64,000 nt of DNA, taken from the NCBI RefSeq assembly GCF_009914755.1, contig NC_060948.1, one strand, 5' to 3'. Under the pieces are notes generated by a model that saw only the letters and a list, made by a program, of their open reading frames with translations, was not told the origin of the DNA and ran no database searches. Shown piece after piece: positions 42,893 through 62,819 of this stretch. Positions within the stretch are counted from its first letter, which is position 1, and each line of letters opens with the position of its first letter. Source of the DNA: the human T2T-CHM13v2.0 reference genome, Homo sapiens. The position numbers and the translations under genes were made by a program.

Positions 42893-44993
42893 AGATCCGT
42901 ATTTTTTAAATGAAAAAAAATTTCAAAGGTACTCTGCTTGGTACAATAATCAAATGTATAAACTGAGGAATAAAACATAACCATGAAACCTACTTATAAC
43001 TGCATATGGAAAATACAGAGGATAATTTTTTAAATAACATATTTTGAAAGCCTTAACTAGTAATTTGAAGAGTTGGCATTTGAAAGGCCAGTATGAATAT
43101 ACCTTCAAAGCAGCAACACAGGTTCCCCATGAGAAAAAGCAAACACAGGGAAAATAAAAACACAAAGGTTCAATCTCTTCTGACCTTTGAAAGACACAGC
43201 ACAGACAGTGATCCTTAGGACGAAGAGCAGGAGACCCCTAATTCCGTCACCATGGCGATAGGGCATAAACATTGCTGGGTGAGGGCACAATCCACATTGT
43301 GAGGTCCAACTGCTGCCAGGAAGACAGGAGTGCTTTTACATAGACCGAAAGGTCATTGAAGGCTCAGAGTTTTGTTTCAAGAACTGAATCCCAAGCCCAC
43401 ACGTTATTAGGCTGCGCTTCTTAAAACAAGTTATGAGATGGGAAAAAGGGCACCCACAAACATACGTATACATTATGTATATAATAATATACAGTATCAT
43501 ATATATAATATATATAACCTATGTATAATATTGTTTTACATCCTGCATCTTATGTTATATATATTGTATAAAATATAATAATTGATAATATATAAGTTTT
43601 ATATTTATACAATATGACATATAATATATATTATAATTTATGACATATATAATATATGTTATATATCATATATAGAATATATTATACGGTTAACATACGT
43701 ATTAAATATAAATTATACATTGTATATATTATATATAATATATCTGTTATATATAATACCCATTATGCATAATATATATATTATGTCTATGCTATATATA
43801 GTATAAAACAACATATAATAATATATAATTGTATATATAAAATGCGACATATAATATATAATATATTTTATAACATATGTAATATATATTATATATTATA
43901 TATAATACGTTGTATGTATAATACCTATATTAAATATATATTATATGACTATGTTATTAATTACATGTCACATGTGTTATATATTATATATTTTACATAG
44001 AATATACCGGTTACATACAATATATACTATGTTACCTATAATGAATAATTTATTACCTGTAAAATAAAGAATGCAATATATTATGTAAAATTTATAATAT
44101 ACCATATGTGGAATGTCATATATTTAACATATAATATATGATATATGATATACAGTATATGATATATAACATACAATATATGATTCCTAATATATATGGT
44201 ATACAATATATATTTTATGATATGTATTCTATATGTTTTATATTCTGTTATATATAACTATTTGAAATTATATATAACTGTATAATATTTTATGTAAATA
44301 TGTAATATAATATATATAACTATATAATATATTATATATAACTATATATTATGTTATATATACTTTTATAACATAATTTACATAAAATATCATAATATAA
44401 TATATATTATATTATTTCATATTACATAATATATATTACATATCACCCAATATAACTAACATACATAATAGTATAATATAGATTATATTGTGTTATATTA
44501 AATATCATATATATCATGTATCATATATTCTATAATATATATTACACACTATATAATATGTATGTTGTCTACTATATGATATATATAACTATATATATAA
44601 TTATATTTTTATACATATAACTAGATAAACATGTAATTCTACATATTTTCATTTATAATATGTAGAATTATATAATCATATATAATTATATTCTATAAAA
44701 AATTTTATCATTATATAAATTATAATATATAAAAATTATAATATGTACTACAAATATATATATTATATATCATATATGATATAGTACCTTTGTTATATAT
44801 CATAATACATATAAATGTGTATTATGTTATCTATAATTATATAATTTCATATATAAGATGTATAATATGTGTCATATATTATATATGTTATGTAATATAT
44901 ATAGTATATATAAGATGACACAGGATAAATATTATATACTATGACATATAAAATATATGAGGTTATATGTTACATATAAGGCATAGCACATAA

Positions 44994-45308
<315 letters not shown>

Positions 45309-47413
45309 AGATCCATATTTTTTAAATGAAAAAAAATTTCAAAGGTACTCTGCTTGGTACAATAATCAAATGTATAAACTGAGGAATAAAACATAACCAT
45401 GAAACCTACTTATAACTGCATATGGAAAATACAGAGGATAATTTTTTAAATAACATATTTTGAAAGCCTTAACTAGTAATTTGAAGAGTTGGCATTTGAA
45501 AGGCCAGTATGAATATACCTTCAAAGCAGCAACACAGGTTCCCCATGAGAAAAAGCAAACACAGGGAAAATAAAAACACAAAGGTTCAATCTCTTCTGAC
45601 CTTTGAAAGACACAGCACAGACGGTGGTCCTTAGGACGAAGAGCAGGAGACCCCTAATTCCGTCACCATGGCGATAGGGCATAAACATTGCTGGGTGAGG
45701 GCACAATCCACATTGTGAGGTCCAACTGCTGCCAGGAAGACAAGAGTGCTTTTACATAGACCGAAAGGTCATTGAAGTCTCAGAGTTTTGTTTCAAGAAC
45801 TGAATCCCAAGCCCACACGTTATTAGGCTGCGCTTCTTAAAACAAGTTATGAGATGGGAAAAAGGGCACCCACAAACATACGTATACATTATGTATATAA
45901 TAATATACAGTATCATATATATAATATATATAACCTATGTATAATATTGTTTTACATCCTGCATCTTATGTTATATATATTGTATAAAATATAATAATTG
46001 ATAATATATAAGTATTATAATTATACAATATGACATATAGTATATATTATAATTTATGACATATATAATATATGTTATATGTCATATATAGAATATATTA
46101 TACGGTTAATATACGTATTAAATATAAATTATACATTATATATATTATATATAATATATCTGTTATATATAATACCCATTATGCATAATATATATATTAT
46201 GTCTACGTTATATATAGTATAAAACAACATATAATAATATATAATTGTATATATAAAATGCGACATATAATATATATTATATTTTATAACATATGTAATA
46301 TATATTATATATTATATATAATACGTTGTATGTATAATACCTATATTAAATATATATTATATGACTATGTTATTAATTACATGTCACATGTGTTATATAT
46401 TATATATTTTACATAGAATATACCGGTTACATACAATATATACTATGTTACCTATAATGTATAATTTATTACATGTAAAATAAAGAATGCAATATATTAT
46501 GTATAATTTATAATATACCATATGTGGAATGTGATATATATAACATATAATATATGATATATGATATACAGTATATGATATATAACATACAATATATGAT
46601 TCCTAATATATATGGTATACAATATATATTTTATCATATGTATTCTATATGTTTTATATTCTGTTATATATAACTATTTGAAATTATATATAACTGTATA
46701 ATATTTTATGTAAATATGTAATATAATATATATAACTATATAATATATTATATATAACTATATATTATGTTATATATACTTTTATAACATAATTTACATA
46801 AAATATCATAACGTAATATATATTATATTATTTCATATTACATAATATATATTACATATCACCCAATATAACTAACATACATAATATTATAATATAGATA
46901 ATATTGTGTTATATTAAGTATCATATATATCATGTATCATATATTCTATAATATATATTACACATTATATAATATGTATGTTGTCTATTATGTGATATAT
47001 ATAACTCTATATATAATTATATTTTTATACATATAACTAGATAAACATGTAATTCTACATATTTTCATTTATAATATGTAGAATTATATAATCATATATA
47101 ATTATTTATATTCTATAAAAAATTTTATCATTATATAAATTATAATATATAAAAATTATAATATGTACTACAAATATATATATTATATATCATATATGAT
47201 ATAGTACCTTTGTTATATATCATAATACATATAAATGTGTATTATGTTATCTATAATTATATAATTTCATATATAAGATGTATAATATGTATCATATATT
47301 ATATATGTTATGTAATATATATAGTATATATAAGATGACACAGGATAAATATTATATACTATGACATATAAAATATATGAGGTTATATGTTACATATAAG
47401 GCATAGCACATAA

Positions 47414-47728
<315 letters not shown>

Positions 47729-49832
47729 AGATCCATATTTTTTAAATAAAAAAAATTTCAAAGGTACTCTGCTTGGTACAATAATCAAATGTATAAACTG
47801 AGGAATAAAACATAACCATGAAACCTACTTATAACTGCATATGGAAAATACAGAGGATAATTTTTTAAATAACATATTTTGAAAGCCTTAACTAGTAATT
47901 TGAAGAGTTGGCATTTGAAAGGCCAGTATGAATATACCTTCAAAGCAGCAACACAGGTTCCCCATGAGAAAAAGCAAACACAGGGAAAATAAAAACACAA
48001 AGGTTCAATCTCTTCTGACCTTTGAAAGACACAGCACAGACGGTGGTCCTTAGGACGAAGAGCAGGAGACCCCTAATTCCGTCACCATGGCGATAGGGCA
48101 TAAACATTGCTGGGTGAGGGCACAATCCACATTGTGAGGTCCAACTGCTGCCAGGAAGACAGGAGTGCTTTTACATAGACCGAAAGGTCATTGAAGTCTC
48201 AGAGTTTTGTTTCAAGAACTGAATCCCAAGCCCACACGTTATTAGGCTGCGCTTCTTAAAACAAGTTATGAGATGGGAAAAAGGGCACCCACAAACATAC
48301 GTATACATTATGTATATAATAATATACAGTATCATATATATAATATATATAACCTATGTATAATATTGTTTTACATCCTGCATCTTATGTTATATATATT
48401 GTATAAAATATAATAATTGATAATATATAAGTTTTATAATTATACAATATGACATATAGTATATATTATAATTTATGACATATATAATATATGTTATATG
48501 TCATATATAGAATATATTATACGGTTAATATACGTATTAAATATAAATTATACATTATATATATTATATATAATATATCTGTTATATATAATACCCATTA
48601 TGCATAATATATATATTATGTCTACGTTATATATAGTATAAAACAACATATAATAATATATAATTGTATATATAAAATGCGACATATAATATATATTATA
48701 TTTTATAACATATGTAATATATATTATATATTATATATAATACGTTGTATGTATAATACCTATATTAAATATATATTATATGACTATGTTATTAATTACA
48801 TGTCACATGTGTTATATATTATATATTTTACATAGAATATACCGGTTACATACAATATATACTATGTTACCTATAATGTATAATTTATTACATGTAAAAT
48901 AAAGAATGCAATATATTATGTATAATTTATAATATACCATATGTGGAATGTGATATATATAACATATAATATATGATATATGATATACAGTATATGATAT
49001 ATAACATACAATATATGATTCCTAATATATATGGCATACAATATATATTTTATCATATGTATTCTATATGTTTTATATTCTGTTATATATAACTATTTGA
49101 AATTATATATAACTGTATAATATTTTATGTAAATATGTAATATAATATATATAACTATATAATATATTATATATAACTATATATTATGTTATATATACTT
49201 TTATAACATAATTTACATAAAATATCATAACGTAATATATATTATATTATTTCATATTACATAATATATATTACATATCACCCAATATAACTAACATACA
49301 TAATATTATAATATAGATAATATTGTGTTATATTAAGTATCATATATATCATGTATCATATATTCTATAATATATATTACACATTATATAATATGTATGT
49401 TGTCTATTATGTGATATATATAACTCTATATATAATTATATTTTTATACATATAACTAGATAAACATGTAATTCTACATATTTTCATTTATAATATGTAG
49501 AATTATATAATCATATATAATTATTCATATTCTATAAAAAATTTTATCATTATATAAATTATAATATATAAAAATTATAATATGTACTACAAATATATAT
49601 ATTATATATCATATATGATATAGTACCTTTGTTATATATCATAATACATATAAATGTGTATTATGTTATCTATAATTATATAATTTCATATATAAGATGT
49701 ATAATATGTATCATATATTATATATGTTATGTAATATATATAGTATATATAAGATGACACAGGATAAATATTATATACTATGACATATAAAATATATGAG
49801 GTTATATGTTACATATAAGGCATAGCACATAA

Positions 49833-50147
<315 letters not shown>

Positions 50148-52251
50148 AGATCCATATTTTTTAAATGAAAAAAAATTTCAAAGGTACTCTGCTTGGTACA
50201 ATAATCAAATGTATAAACTGAGGAATAAAACATAACCATGAAACCTACTTATAACTGCATATGGAAAATACAGAGGATAATTTTTTAAATAACATATTTT
50301 GAAAGCCTTAACTAGTAATTTGAAGAGTTGGCATTTGAAAGGCCAGTATGAATATACCTTCAAAGCAGCAACACAGGTTCCCCATGAGAAAAAGCAAACA
50401 CAGGGAAAATAAAAACACAAAGGTTCAATCTCTTCTGACCTTTGAAAGACACAGCACAGACAGTGGTCCTTAGGACGAAGAGCAGGAGACCCCTAATTCC
50501 GTCACCATGGCGATAGGGCATAAACATTGCTGGGTGAGGGCACAATCCACATTGTGAGGTCCAACTGCTGCCAGGAAGACAGGAGTGCTTTTACATAGAC
50601 CGAAAGGTCATTGAAGGCTCAGAGTTTTGTTTCAAGAACTGAATCCCAAGCCCACACGTTATTAGGCTGCGCTTCTTAAAACAAGTTATGAGATGGGAAA
50701 AAGGGCACCCACAAACATACGTATACATTATGTATATAATAATATACAGTATCATATATATAATATATATAACCTATGTATAATATTGTTTTACATCCTG
50801 CATCTTATGTTATATATATTGTATAAAATATAATAATTGATAATATATAAGTTTTATAATTATACAATATGACATATAGTATATATTATAATTTATGACA
50901 TATATAATATATGTTATATGTCATATATAGAATATATTATACGGTTAACATACGTATTAAATATAAATTATACATTATATATATTATATATAATATATCT
51001 GTTATATGTAATACCCATTATGCATAATATATATATTATGTCTATGTTATATATAGTATAAAACAACATATAATAATATATAATTGTATATATAAAATGC
51101 GATATATAATATATATTATATTTTATAACATATGTAATATATATTATATATTATATATAATACGTTGTATGTATAATACCTATATTAAATATATATTATA
51201 TGACTATGTTATTAATTACATGTCACATGTGTTATATATTATATATTTTACGTAGAATATACTGGTTACATACAATATATACTATGTTACCTATAATGTA
51301 TAATTTATTACATGTAAAATAAAGAATGCAATATATTATGTAAAATTTATAATATACCATATGTGGAATGTCATATATGTAACATATAATATATGATATA
51401 TGATATACAGTATATGATATATAACATACAATGTATGATTCCTAATATATATGGTATACAATATATATTTTATGATATGTATTCTATATGTTTTATATTC
51501 TGTTATATATAACTATTTGAAATTATATATAACTGTATAATATTTTATGTAAATATGTAATATAATATATATAATATATAATATATTATATATAACTATA
51601 TATTATGTTATATATACTTTTATAACATAATTTACATAAAATATCATAATATAATATATATTATATTATTTCATATTACATAATATATATTACATATCAC
51701 CCAATATAACTAACATACATAATATTATAATATAGATTATATTATGTTATATTAAATATCATATATATCATGTATCATATATTCTATAATATATATTACA
51801 CATTATATAATATGTATGTTGTCTATTATGTGATATATATAACTATATATATAATTATATTTTTATACATATAACTAGATAAACATGTAATTCTACATAT
51901 TTTCATTTATAATATGTAGAATTATATAATCATATATAATTATTTATATTCTATAAAAAATTTTATCATTATATAAATTATAATATATAAAAATTATAAT
52001 ATGTACTACAAATATATATATTATATATCATATATGATATACTACCTTTGTTATATATCATAATACATATAAATGTGTATTATGTTATCTATAATTATAT
52101 AATTTCATATATAAGATGTATAATATGTATCATATATTACATATGTTATGTAATATATATAGTATATATAAGATGACACAGGATAAATATTATATTCTAT
52201 GACATATAAAATATATGAGGTTATATGTTACATATAAGGCATAGCACATAA

Positions 52252-52566
<315 letters not shown>

Positions 52567-54671
52567 AGATCCATATTTTTTAAATGAAAAAAAATTTCAA
52601 AGGTACTCTGCTTGGTACAATAATCAAATGTATAAACTGAGGAATAAAACATAACCATGAAACCTACTTATAACTGCATATGGAAAATACAGAGGATAAT
52701 TTTTTAAATAACATATTTTGAAAGCCTTAACTAGTAATTTGAAGAGTTGGCATTTGAAAGGCCAGTATGAATATACCTTCAAAGCAGCAACACAGGTTCC
52801 CCATGAGAAAAAGCAAACACAGGGAAAATAAAAACACAAAGGTTCAATCTCTTCTGACCTTTGAAAGACACAGCACAGACAGTGGTCCTTAGGACGAAGA
52901 GCAGGAGACCCCTAATTCCGTCACCATGGCGATAGGGCATAAACATTGCTGGGTGAGGGCACAATCCACATTGTGAGGTCCAACTGCTGCCAGGAAGACA
53001 GGAGTGCTTTTACATAGACCGAAAGGTCATTGAAGGCTCAGAGTTTTGTTTCAAGAACTGAATCCCAAGCCCACACGTTATTAGGCTGCGCTTCTTAAAA
53101 CAAGTTATGAGATGGGAAAAAGGGCACCCACAAACATACGTATACATTATGTATATAATAATATACAGTATCATATATATAATATATATAACCTATGTAT
53201 AATATTGTTTTACATCCTGCATCTTATGTTATATATATTGTATAAAATATAATAATTGATAATATATAAGTTTTATAATTATACAATATGACATATAGTA
53301 TATATTATAATTTATGACATATATAATATATGTTATATATCATATATAGAATATATTATACGGTTAATATACGTATTAAATATAAATTATACATTATATA
53401 TATTATATATAATATATCTGTTATATATAATACCCATTATGCATAATATATATATTATGTCTACGTTATATATAGTATAAAACAACATATAATAATATAT
53501 AATTGTATATATAAAATGCGACATATAATATATATTATATTTTATAACATATGTAATATATATTATATATTATATATAATACGTTGTATGTATAATACCT
53601 ATATTAAATATATATTATATGACTATGTTATTAATTACATGTCACATGTGTTATATATTATATATTTTACATAGAATATACCGGTTACATACAATATATA
53701 CTATGTTACCTATAATGTATAATTTATTACATGTAAAATAAAGAATGCAATATATTATGTATAATTTATAATATACAATATGTGGAATGTGATATATGTA
53801 ACATATAATATATGATATATGATATACAGTATATGATATATAACATACAATATATGATTCCTAATATATATGGTATACAATATATATTTTATGATATGTA
53901 TTCTCTATGTTTTTTATTCTGTTATATATAACTATTTGAAATTATATATAACTGTATAATATTTTATGTAAATATGTAATATAATATATATAACTATATA
54001 ATATATTATATATAACTATATATTATGTTATATATACTTTTATAACATAATTTACATAAAATATCACAATATAATATATATTATATTATTTCATATTACA
54101 TAATATATATTACATATCACCCAATATAACTAACATACATAATATTATAATATAGATTATATTATGTTATATTAAATATCATATATATCATGTATCATAT
54201 ATTCCATAATATATATTACACATTATATAATATGTATGCTGTCTACTATGTGATATATATAACTATATATATAATTATATTTTTATACATATAACTAGAT
54301 AAACATGTAATTCTACATATTTTCATTTATAATATGTAGAATTATATAATCATATATAATTATTTATATTCTATAAAAAATTTTATCATTATATAAATTA
54401 TAATATATAAAAATTATAATATGTACTACAAATATATATATTATATATCATATATGATATAGTACCTTTGTTATATATCATAATACATATAAATGTGTAT
54501 TATGTTATCTATAATTATATAATTTCATATATAAGGTGTATAATATGTATCATATATTATATATGTTATGTAATATATATAGTATATATAAGATGACACA
54601 GGATAAATATTATATACTATGACATATAAAATATATGAGGTTATATGTTACATATAAGGCATAGCACATAA

Positions 54672-54986
<315 letters not shown>

Positions 54987-57112
54987 AGATCCATATTTTT
55001 TAAATGAAAAAAAATTTCAAAGGTACTCTGCTTGGTACAATAATCAAATGTATAAACTGAGGAATAAAACATAACCATGAAACCTACTTATAACTGCATA
55101 TGGAAAATACAGAGGATAATTTTTTAAATAACATATTTTGAAAGCCTTAACTAGTAATTTGAAGAGTTGGCATTTGAAAGGCCAGTATGAATATACCTTC
55201 AAAGCAGCAACACAGGTTCCCCATGAGAAAAAGCAAACACAGGGAAAATAAAAACACAAAGGTTCAATCTCTTCTGACCTTTGAAAGACACAGCACAGAC
55301 AGTGGTCCTTAGGACGAAGAGCAGGAGACCCCTAATTCCGTCACCATGGCGATAGGGCATAAACATTGCTGGGTGAGGGCACAATCCACATTGTGAGGTC
55401 CAACTGCTGCCAGGAAGACAGGAGTGCTTTTACATAGACCGAAAGGTCATTGAAGGCTCAGAGTTTTGTTTCAAGAACTGAATCCCAAGCCCACACGTTA
55501 TTAGGCTGCGCTTCTTAAAACAAGTTATGAGATGGGAAAAAGGGCACCCACAAACATACGTATACATTATGTATATAATAATATACAGTATCATATATAT
55601 AATATATATAACCTATGTATAATATTGTTTTACATCCTGCATCTTATGTTATATATATTGTATAAAATATAATAATTGATAATATATAAGTTTTATAATT
55701 ATACAATATGACATATAGTATATATTATAATTTATGACATATATAATATATGTTATATGTCATATATAGAATATATTATACGGTTAACATACGTATTAAA
55801 TATAAATTATACATTATATATATTATATATAATATATCTGTTATATGTAATACCCATTATGCATAATATATATATTATGTCTATGTTATATATAGTATAA
55901 AACAACATATAATAATATATAATTGTATATATAAAATGCGATATATAATATATATTATATTTTATAACATATGTAATATATATTATATATTATATATAAT
56001 ACGTTGTATGTATAATACCTATATTAAATATATATTATAAGACTATGTTATTAATTACATGTCACATGTGTTATATATTATATATTTTACGTAGAATATA
56101 CTGGTTACATACAATATATACTATGTTACCTATAATGTATAATTTATTACATGTAAAATAAAGAATGCAATATATTATGTAAAATTTATAATATACCATA
56201 TGTGGAATGTCATATATGTAACATATAATATATGATATATGATATACAGTATATGATATATAACATACAATGTATGATTCCTAATATATATGGTATACAA
56301 TATATATTTTATGATATGTATTCTATATGTTTTATATTCTGTTATATATAACTATTTGAAATTATATATAACTGTATAATATTGTATGTAAATATGTAAT
56401 ATAATATATATAACTATATAATATATTATATATAACTATATATTATGTTATATATACTTTTATAACATAATTTACATAAAATATCATAATATAATATATA
56501 TTATATTATTTCATATTATATAATATATATTACATATCACCCAATATAACTAACATACATAATATTATAATATAGATTATATTATGTTATATTAAATATC
56601 ATATATATCATGTATCATATATTCTATAATATATATTACACATTATATAATATGTATGTTGTCTATTATGTGATATATATAACTATATGTAATTATATTT
56701 TTATACATATAACTAGATAAACATGTAATTCTACATATTTTCATTTATAATATGTAGAATTATATAATCATATATAATTATTTATATTCTATAAAAAATT
56801 TTATCATTATATAAATTATAATATATAAAAATTATAATATGTACTACAAATATATATATTATATATCATATATGATATAGTACCTTTGTTATATATCATA
56901 ATACATATAAATGTGTATTATGTTATCTATAATTATATAATTTCATATATAAGATGTATAATATGTATCATATATTATATATGTTATGTAATATATATAG
57001 TATATATAAGATGACACAGGATAAATATTATATACTATGACATATAAAATATATGAGGTTATATGTTACATATAAGGCATAGCACATAACATGTAATATA
57101 TATCATATATAA

Positions 57113-57404
57113 TTTTTTTTTAGACAGAATCTTGTCCTGTTGCACAGGGTGGGGTACAATGGCGCCATCTTTGCTCACTGCAACTTCTGCCTCACGGGTC
57201 CAAGCGATTGTCCTCCCTCGGCCTCCCAGGTAGCTGGGACTACACCACACTGGGACTACACCAGCTGCCACCATGCCTAGCTAATTTTTTGGATTTTTAG
57301 TAGTGTCAGCGTTTCACTGTATTGGCCAGGATGGTCTTGATCTCTTCACCTTGTGATCCCCTTGCCTTGGCCTCCAAATTTGCTGGGATTACAGGCCTGA
57401 GCCA
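57113..57404 (-). mobile_element. Alu, unit 24
   Basis: 292 bp copy; variant CCCTCGGCC. Confidence 0.92.
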
Positions 57405-59509
57405 AGATCCATATTTTTTAAATGAAAAAAAATTTCAAAGGTACTCTGCTTGGTACAATAATCAAATGTATAAACTGAGGAATAAAACATAACCATGAAA
57501 CCTACTTATAACTGCATATGGAAAATACAGAGGATAATTTTTTAAATAACATATTTTGAAAGCCTTAACTAGTAATTTGAAGAGCTGGCATTTGAAAGGC
57601 CAGTATGAATATACCTTCAAAGCAGCAACACAGGTTCCCCATGAGAAAAAGCAAACACAGGGAAAATAAAAACACAAAGGTTCAATCTCTTCTGACCTTT
57701 GAAAGACACAGCACAGACAGTGGTCCTTAGGACGAAGAGCAGGAGACCCCTAATTCCGTCACCATGGCGATAGGGCATAAACATTGCTGGGTGAGGGCAC
57801 AATCCACATTGTGAGGTCCAACTGCTGCCAGGAAGACAGGAGTGCTGTTACATAGACCGAAAGGTCATTGAAGGCTCAGAGTTTTGTTTCAAGAACTGAA
57901 TCCCAAGCCCACACGTTATTAGGCTGCGCTTCTTAAAACAAGTTATGAGATGGGAAAAAGGGCACCCACAAACATACGTATACATTACGTATATAATAAT
58001 ATACAGTATCATATATATAATATATATAACCTATGTATAATATTGTTTTACATCCTGCATCTTATGTTATATATATTGTATAAAATATAATAATTGATAA
58101 TATATAAGTTTTATAATTATACAATATGACATATAGTATATATTATAATTTAAGACATATATAATATATGTTATATATCATATATAGAATATATTATACG
58201 GTTAATATACGTATTAAATATAAATTATACATTATATATATTATATATAATATATCTGTTATATATAATACCCATTATGCATAATATATATATTATGTCT
58301 ATGTTATATATAGTATAAAACAACATATAATAATATATAATTGTATATATAAAATGCGACATATAATATATATTATATTTTATAACATATGTAATATATA
58401 TTATATATTATATATAATACGTTGTATGTATAATACCTATATTAAATACATATTATATGACTATGTTATTAATTACATGTCACATGTGTTATATATTATA
58501 TATTTTACATAGAATATACCGGTTACATAGAATATATACTATGTTACCTATAATGTATAATTTATTACATGTAAAATAAAGAATGCAATATATTATGTAA
58601 AATTTATAATATACCATATGTGGAATGTGATATATATAACATATAATATATGATATGTGATATACAGTATATGATATATAACATACAATATATGATTCCT
58701 AATATATATGGTATACAATATATATTTTATGATATGTATTCTATATGTTTTATATTCTGTTATATATAACTATTTGAAATTATATATAACTGTATAATAT
58801 TTTATGTAAATATGTAATATAATATATATAACTATATAATATATTATATATAACTATATATTATGTTATATATACTTTTATAACATAATTTACATAAAAT
58901 ATCATAATATAATATATATTATATTATTTCATATTACATAATATATATTACATATCACCCAATATAACTAACATACATAATATTATAATATAGATTATAT
59001 TATGTTATATTAAATATCATATATATCATGTATCATATATTCTATAATATATATTACACATTATATAATATGTATGTTGTCTATTATGTGATATATGTAA
59101 CTATATATATAATTATATTTTTATACATATAACTAGATAAACATGTAATTCTACATATTTTCATTTATAATATGTAGAATTATATAATCATATATAATTA
59201 TTTATATTCTATAAAAAATTTTATCATTATATAAATTATAATATATAAAAATTATAATATGTACTACAAATATATATATTATATATCATATATGCTATAG
59301 TACCTTTGTTATATATCATAATACATATAAATGTGTATTATGTTATCTATAATTATATAATTTCATATATAAGTTGTATAATATGTATCATATATTATAT
59401 ATGTTATGTAATATATATAGTATATATAAGATGACACAGGATAAATATTATATACTATGACATATAAAATATATGAGGTTATATGTTACATATAAGGCAT
59501 AGCACATAA

Positions 59510-59824
<315 letters not shown>

Positions 59825-61950
59825 AGATCCATATTTTGTAAATGAAAAAAAATTTCAAAGGTACTCTGCTTGGTACAATAATCAAATGTATAAACTGAGG
59901 AATAAAACATAACCATGAAACCTACTTATAACTGCATATGGAAAATACAGAGGATAATTTTTTAAATAACATATTTTGAAAGCCTTAACTAGTAATTTGA
60001 AGAGTTGGCATTTGAAAGGCCAGTATGAATATAACTTCAAAGCAGCAACACAGGTTCCCCATGAGAAAAAGCAAACACAGGGAAAATAAAAACACAAAGG
60101 TTCAATCTCTTCTGACCTTTGAAAGACACAGCACAGACAGTGGTCCTTAGGACGAAGAGCAGGAGACCCCTAATTCCGTCACCATGGCGATAGGGCATAA
60201 ACATTGCTGGGTGAGGGCACAATCCACATTGTGAGGTCCAACTGCTGCCAGGAAGACAGGAGTGCTTTTACATAGACTGAAAGGTCATTGAAGGCTCAGA
60301 GTTTTGTTTCAAGAACTGAATCCCAAGCCCACACGTTATTAGGCTGCGCTTCTTAAAACAAGTTATGAGATGGGAAAAAGGGCACCCACAAACATACGTA
60401 TACATTATGTATATAATAATATACAGTATCATATATATAATATATATAACCTATGTATAATATTGTTTTACATCCTGCATCTTATGTTATATATATTGTA
60501 TAAAATATAATAATTGATAATATATAAGTTTTATAATTATACAATATGACATATAGTATATATTATAATTTATGACATATATAATATATGTTATATATCA
60601 TATATAGAATATATTATACGGTTAATATACGTATTAAATATAAATTATACATTATATATATTATATATAATATATCTGTTATATATAATACCCATTATGC
60701 ATAATATATATATTATGTCTATGTTATATATAGTATAAAACAACATATAATAATATATAATTGTATATATAAAATGCGACATATAATATATATTATATTT
60801 TATAACATATGTAATATATATTATATATTATATATAATACGTTGTATGTATAATACCTATATTAAATACATATTATATGACTATGTTATTAATTACATGT
60901 CACATGTGTTATATATTATATATTTTACATAGAATATACCGGTTACATACAATATACACTATGTTACCTATAATGTATAATTTATTACATGTAAAATAAA
61001 GAATGCAATATATTATGTAAAATTTATAATATACCATATGTGGAATGTGATATATATAACATATAATATCTGATATATGATATACAGTATATGATATATA
61101 ACATACAATATATGATTCCTAATATATATGGTATTCAATATATATTTTGTGATATGTATTCTATATGTTTTATATTCTGTTATATATAACTATTTGAAAT
61201 TATATATAACTGTATAATATTGTATGTAAATATGTAATATAATATATATAACTATATAATATATTATATATAACTATATATTATGTTATATATACTTTTA
61301 TAACATAATTTACATAAAATATCATAATATAATATATATTATATTATTTCATATTATATAATATATATTACATATCACCCAATATAACTAACATACATAA
61401 TATTATAATATAGATTATATTATGTTATATTAAATATCATATATATCATGTATCATATATTCTATAATATATATTACACATTATATAATATGTATGTTGT
61501 CTATTATGTGATATATATAACTATATGTAATTATATTTTTATACATATAACTAGATAAACATGTAATTCTACATATTTTCATTTATAATATGTAGAATTA
61601 TATAATCATATATAATTATTTATATTCTATAAAAAATTTTATCATTATATAAATTATAATATATAAAAATTATAATATGTACTACAAATATATATATTAT
61701 ATATCATATATGATATAGTACCTTTGTTATATATCATAATACATATAAATGTGTATTATGTTATCTATAATTATATAATTTCATATATAAGATGTATAAT
61801 ATGTATCATATATTATATATGTTATGTAATATATATAGTATATATAAGATGACACAGGATAAATATTATATACTATGACATATAAAATATATGAGGTTAT
61901 ATGTTACATATAAGGCATAGCACATAACATGTAATATATACCATATATAA

Positions 61951-62242
61951 TTTTTTTTTAGACAGAATCTTGTCCTGTTGCACAGGGTGGGGTACAATGG
62001 CGCCATCTTTGCTCACTGCAACTTCTGCCTCACGGGTCCAAGCGATTGTCCTCCCTCGGCCTCCCAGGTAGCTGGGACTACACCACACTGGGACTACACC
62101 AGCTGCCACCATGCCTAGCTAATTTTTTGGATTTTTAGTAGTGACAGCGTTTCACTGTATTGGCCAGGATGGTCTTGATCTCTTCACCTTGTGATCCCCT
62201 TGCCTTGGCCTCCAAATTTGCTGGGATTACAGGCCTGAGCCA
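61951..62242 (-). mobile_element. Alu, unit 26
   Basis: 292 bp copy; variant CCCTCGGCC shared with unit 24. Confidence 0.92.
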
Positions 62243-62819
62243 AGATCCATATTTTTTAAATGAAAAAAAATTTCAAAGGTACTCTGCTTGGTACAATAAT
62301 CAAATGTATAAACTGAGGAATAAAACATAACCATGAAACCTACTTATAACTGCATATGGAAAATACAGAGGATAATTTTTTAAATAACATATTTTGAAAG
62401 CCTTAACTAGTAATTTGAAGAGCTGGCATTTGAAAGGCCAGTATGAATATACCTTCAAAGCAGCAACACAGGTTCCCCATGAGAAAAAGCAAACACAGGG
62501 AAAATAAAAACACAAAGGTTCAATCTCTTCTGACCTTTGAAAGACACAGCACAGACAGTGGTCCTTAGGACGAAGAGCAGGAGACCCCTAATTCCGTCAC
62601 CATGGCGATAGGGCATAAACATTGCTGGGTGAGGGCACAATCCACATTGTGAGGTCCAACTGCTGCCAGGAAGACAGGAGTGCTGTTACATAGACCGAAA
62701 GGTCATTGAAGGCTCAGAGTTTTGTTTCAAGAACTGAATCCCAAGCCCACACGTTATTAGGCTGCGCTTCTTAAAACAAGTTATGAGATGGGAAAAAGGG
62801 CACCCACAAACATACGTAT
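62243..62819. repeat. HSATI-like component, unit 26 (last copy in window)
   Basis: Copy of 1804-2380. Confidence 0.75.

Noticed and set aside
57059-57274. [21 protein letters not shown]... (also at 61897-62112)
   Set aside because: This is a translation of Alu sequence, opened by one SNV removing a TGA (CCTCAGCC>CCTCGGCC). It is a marker of the dimer duplication, not a gene.
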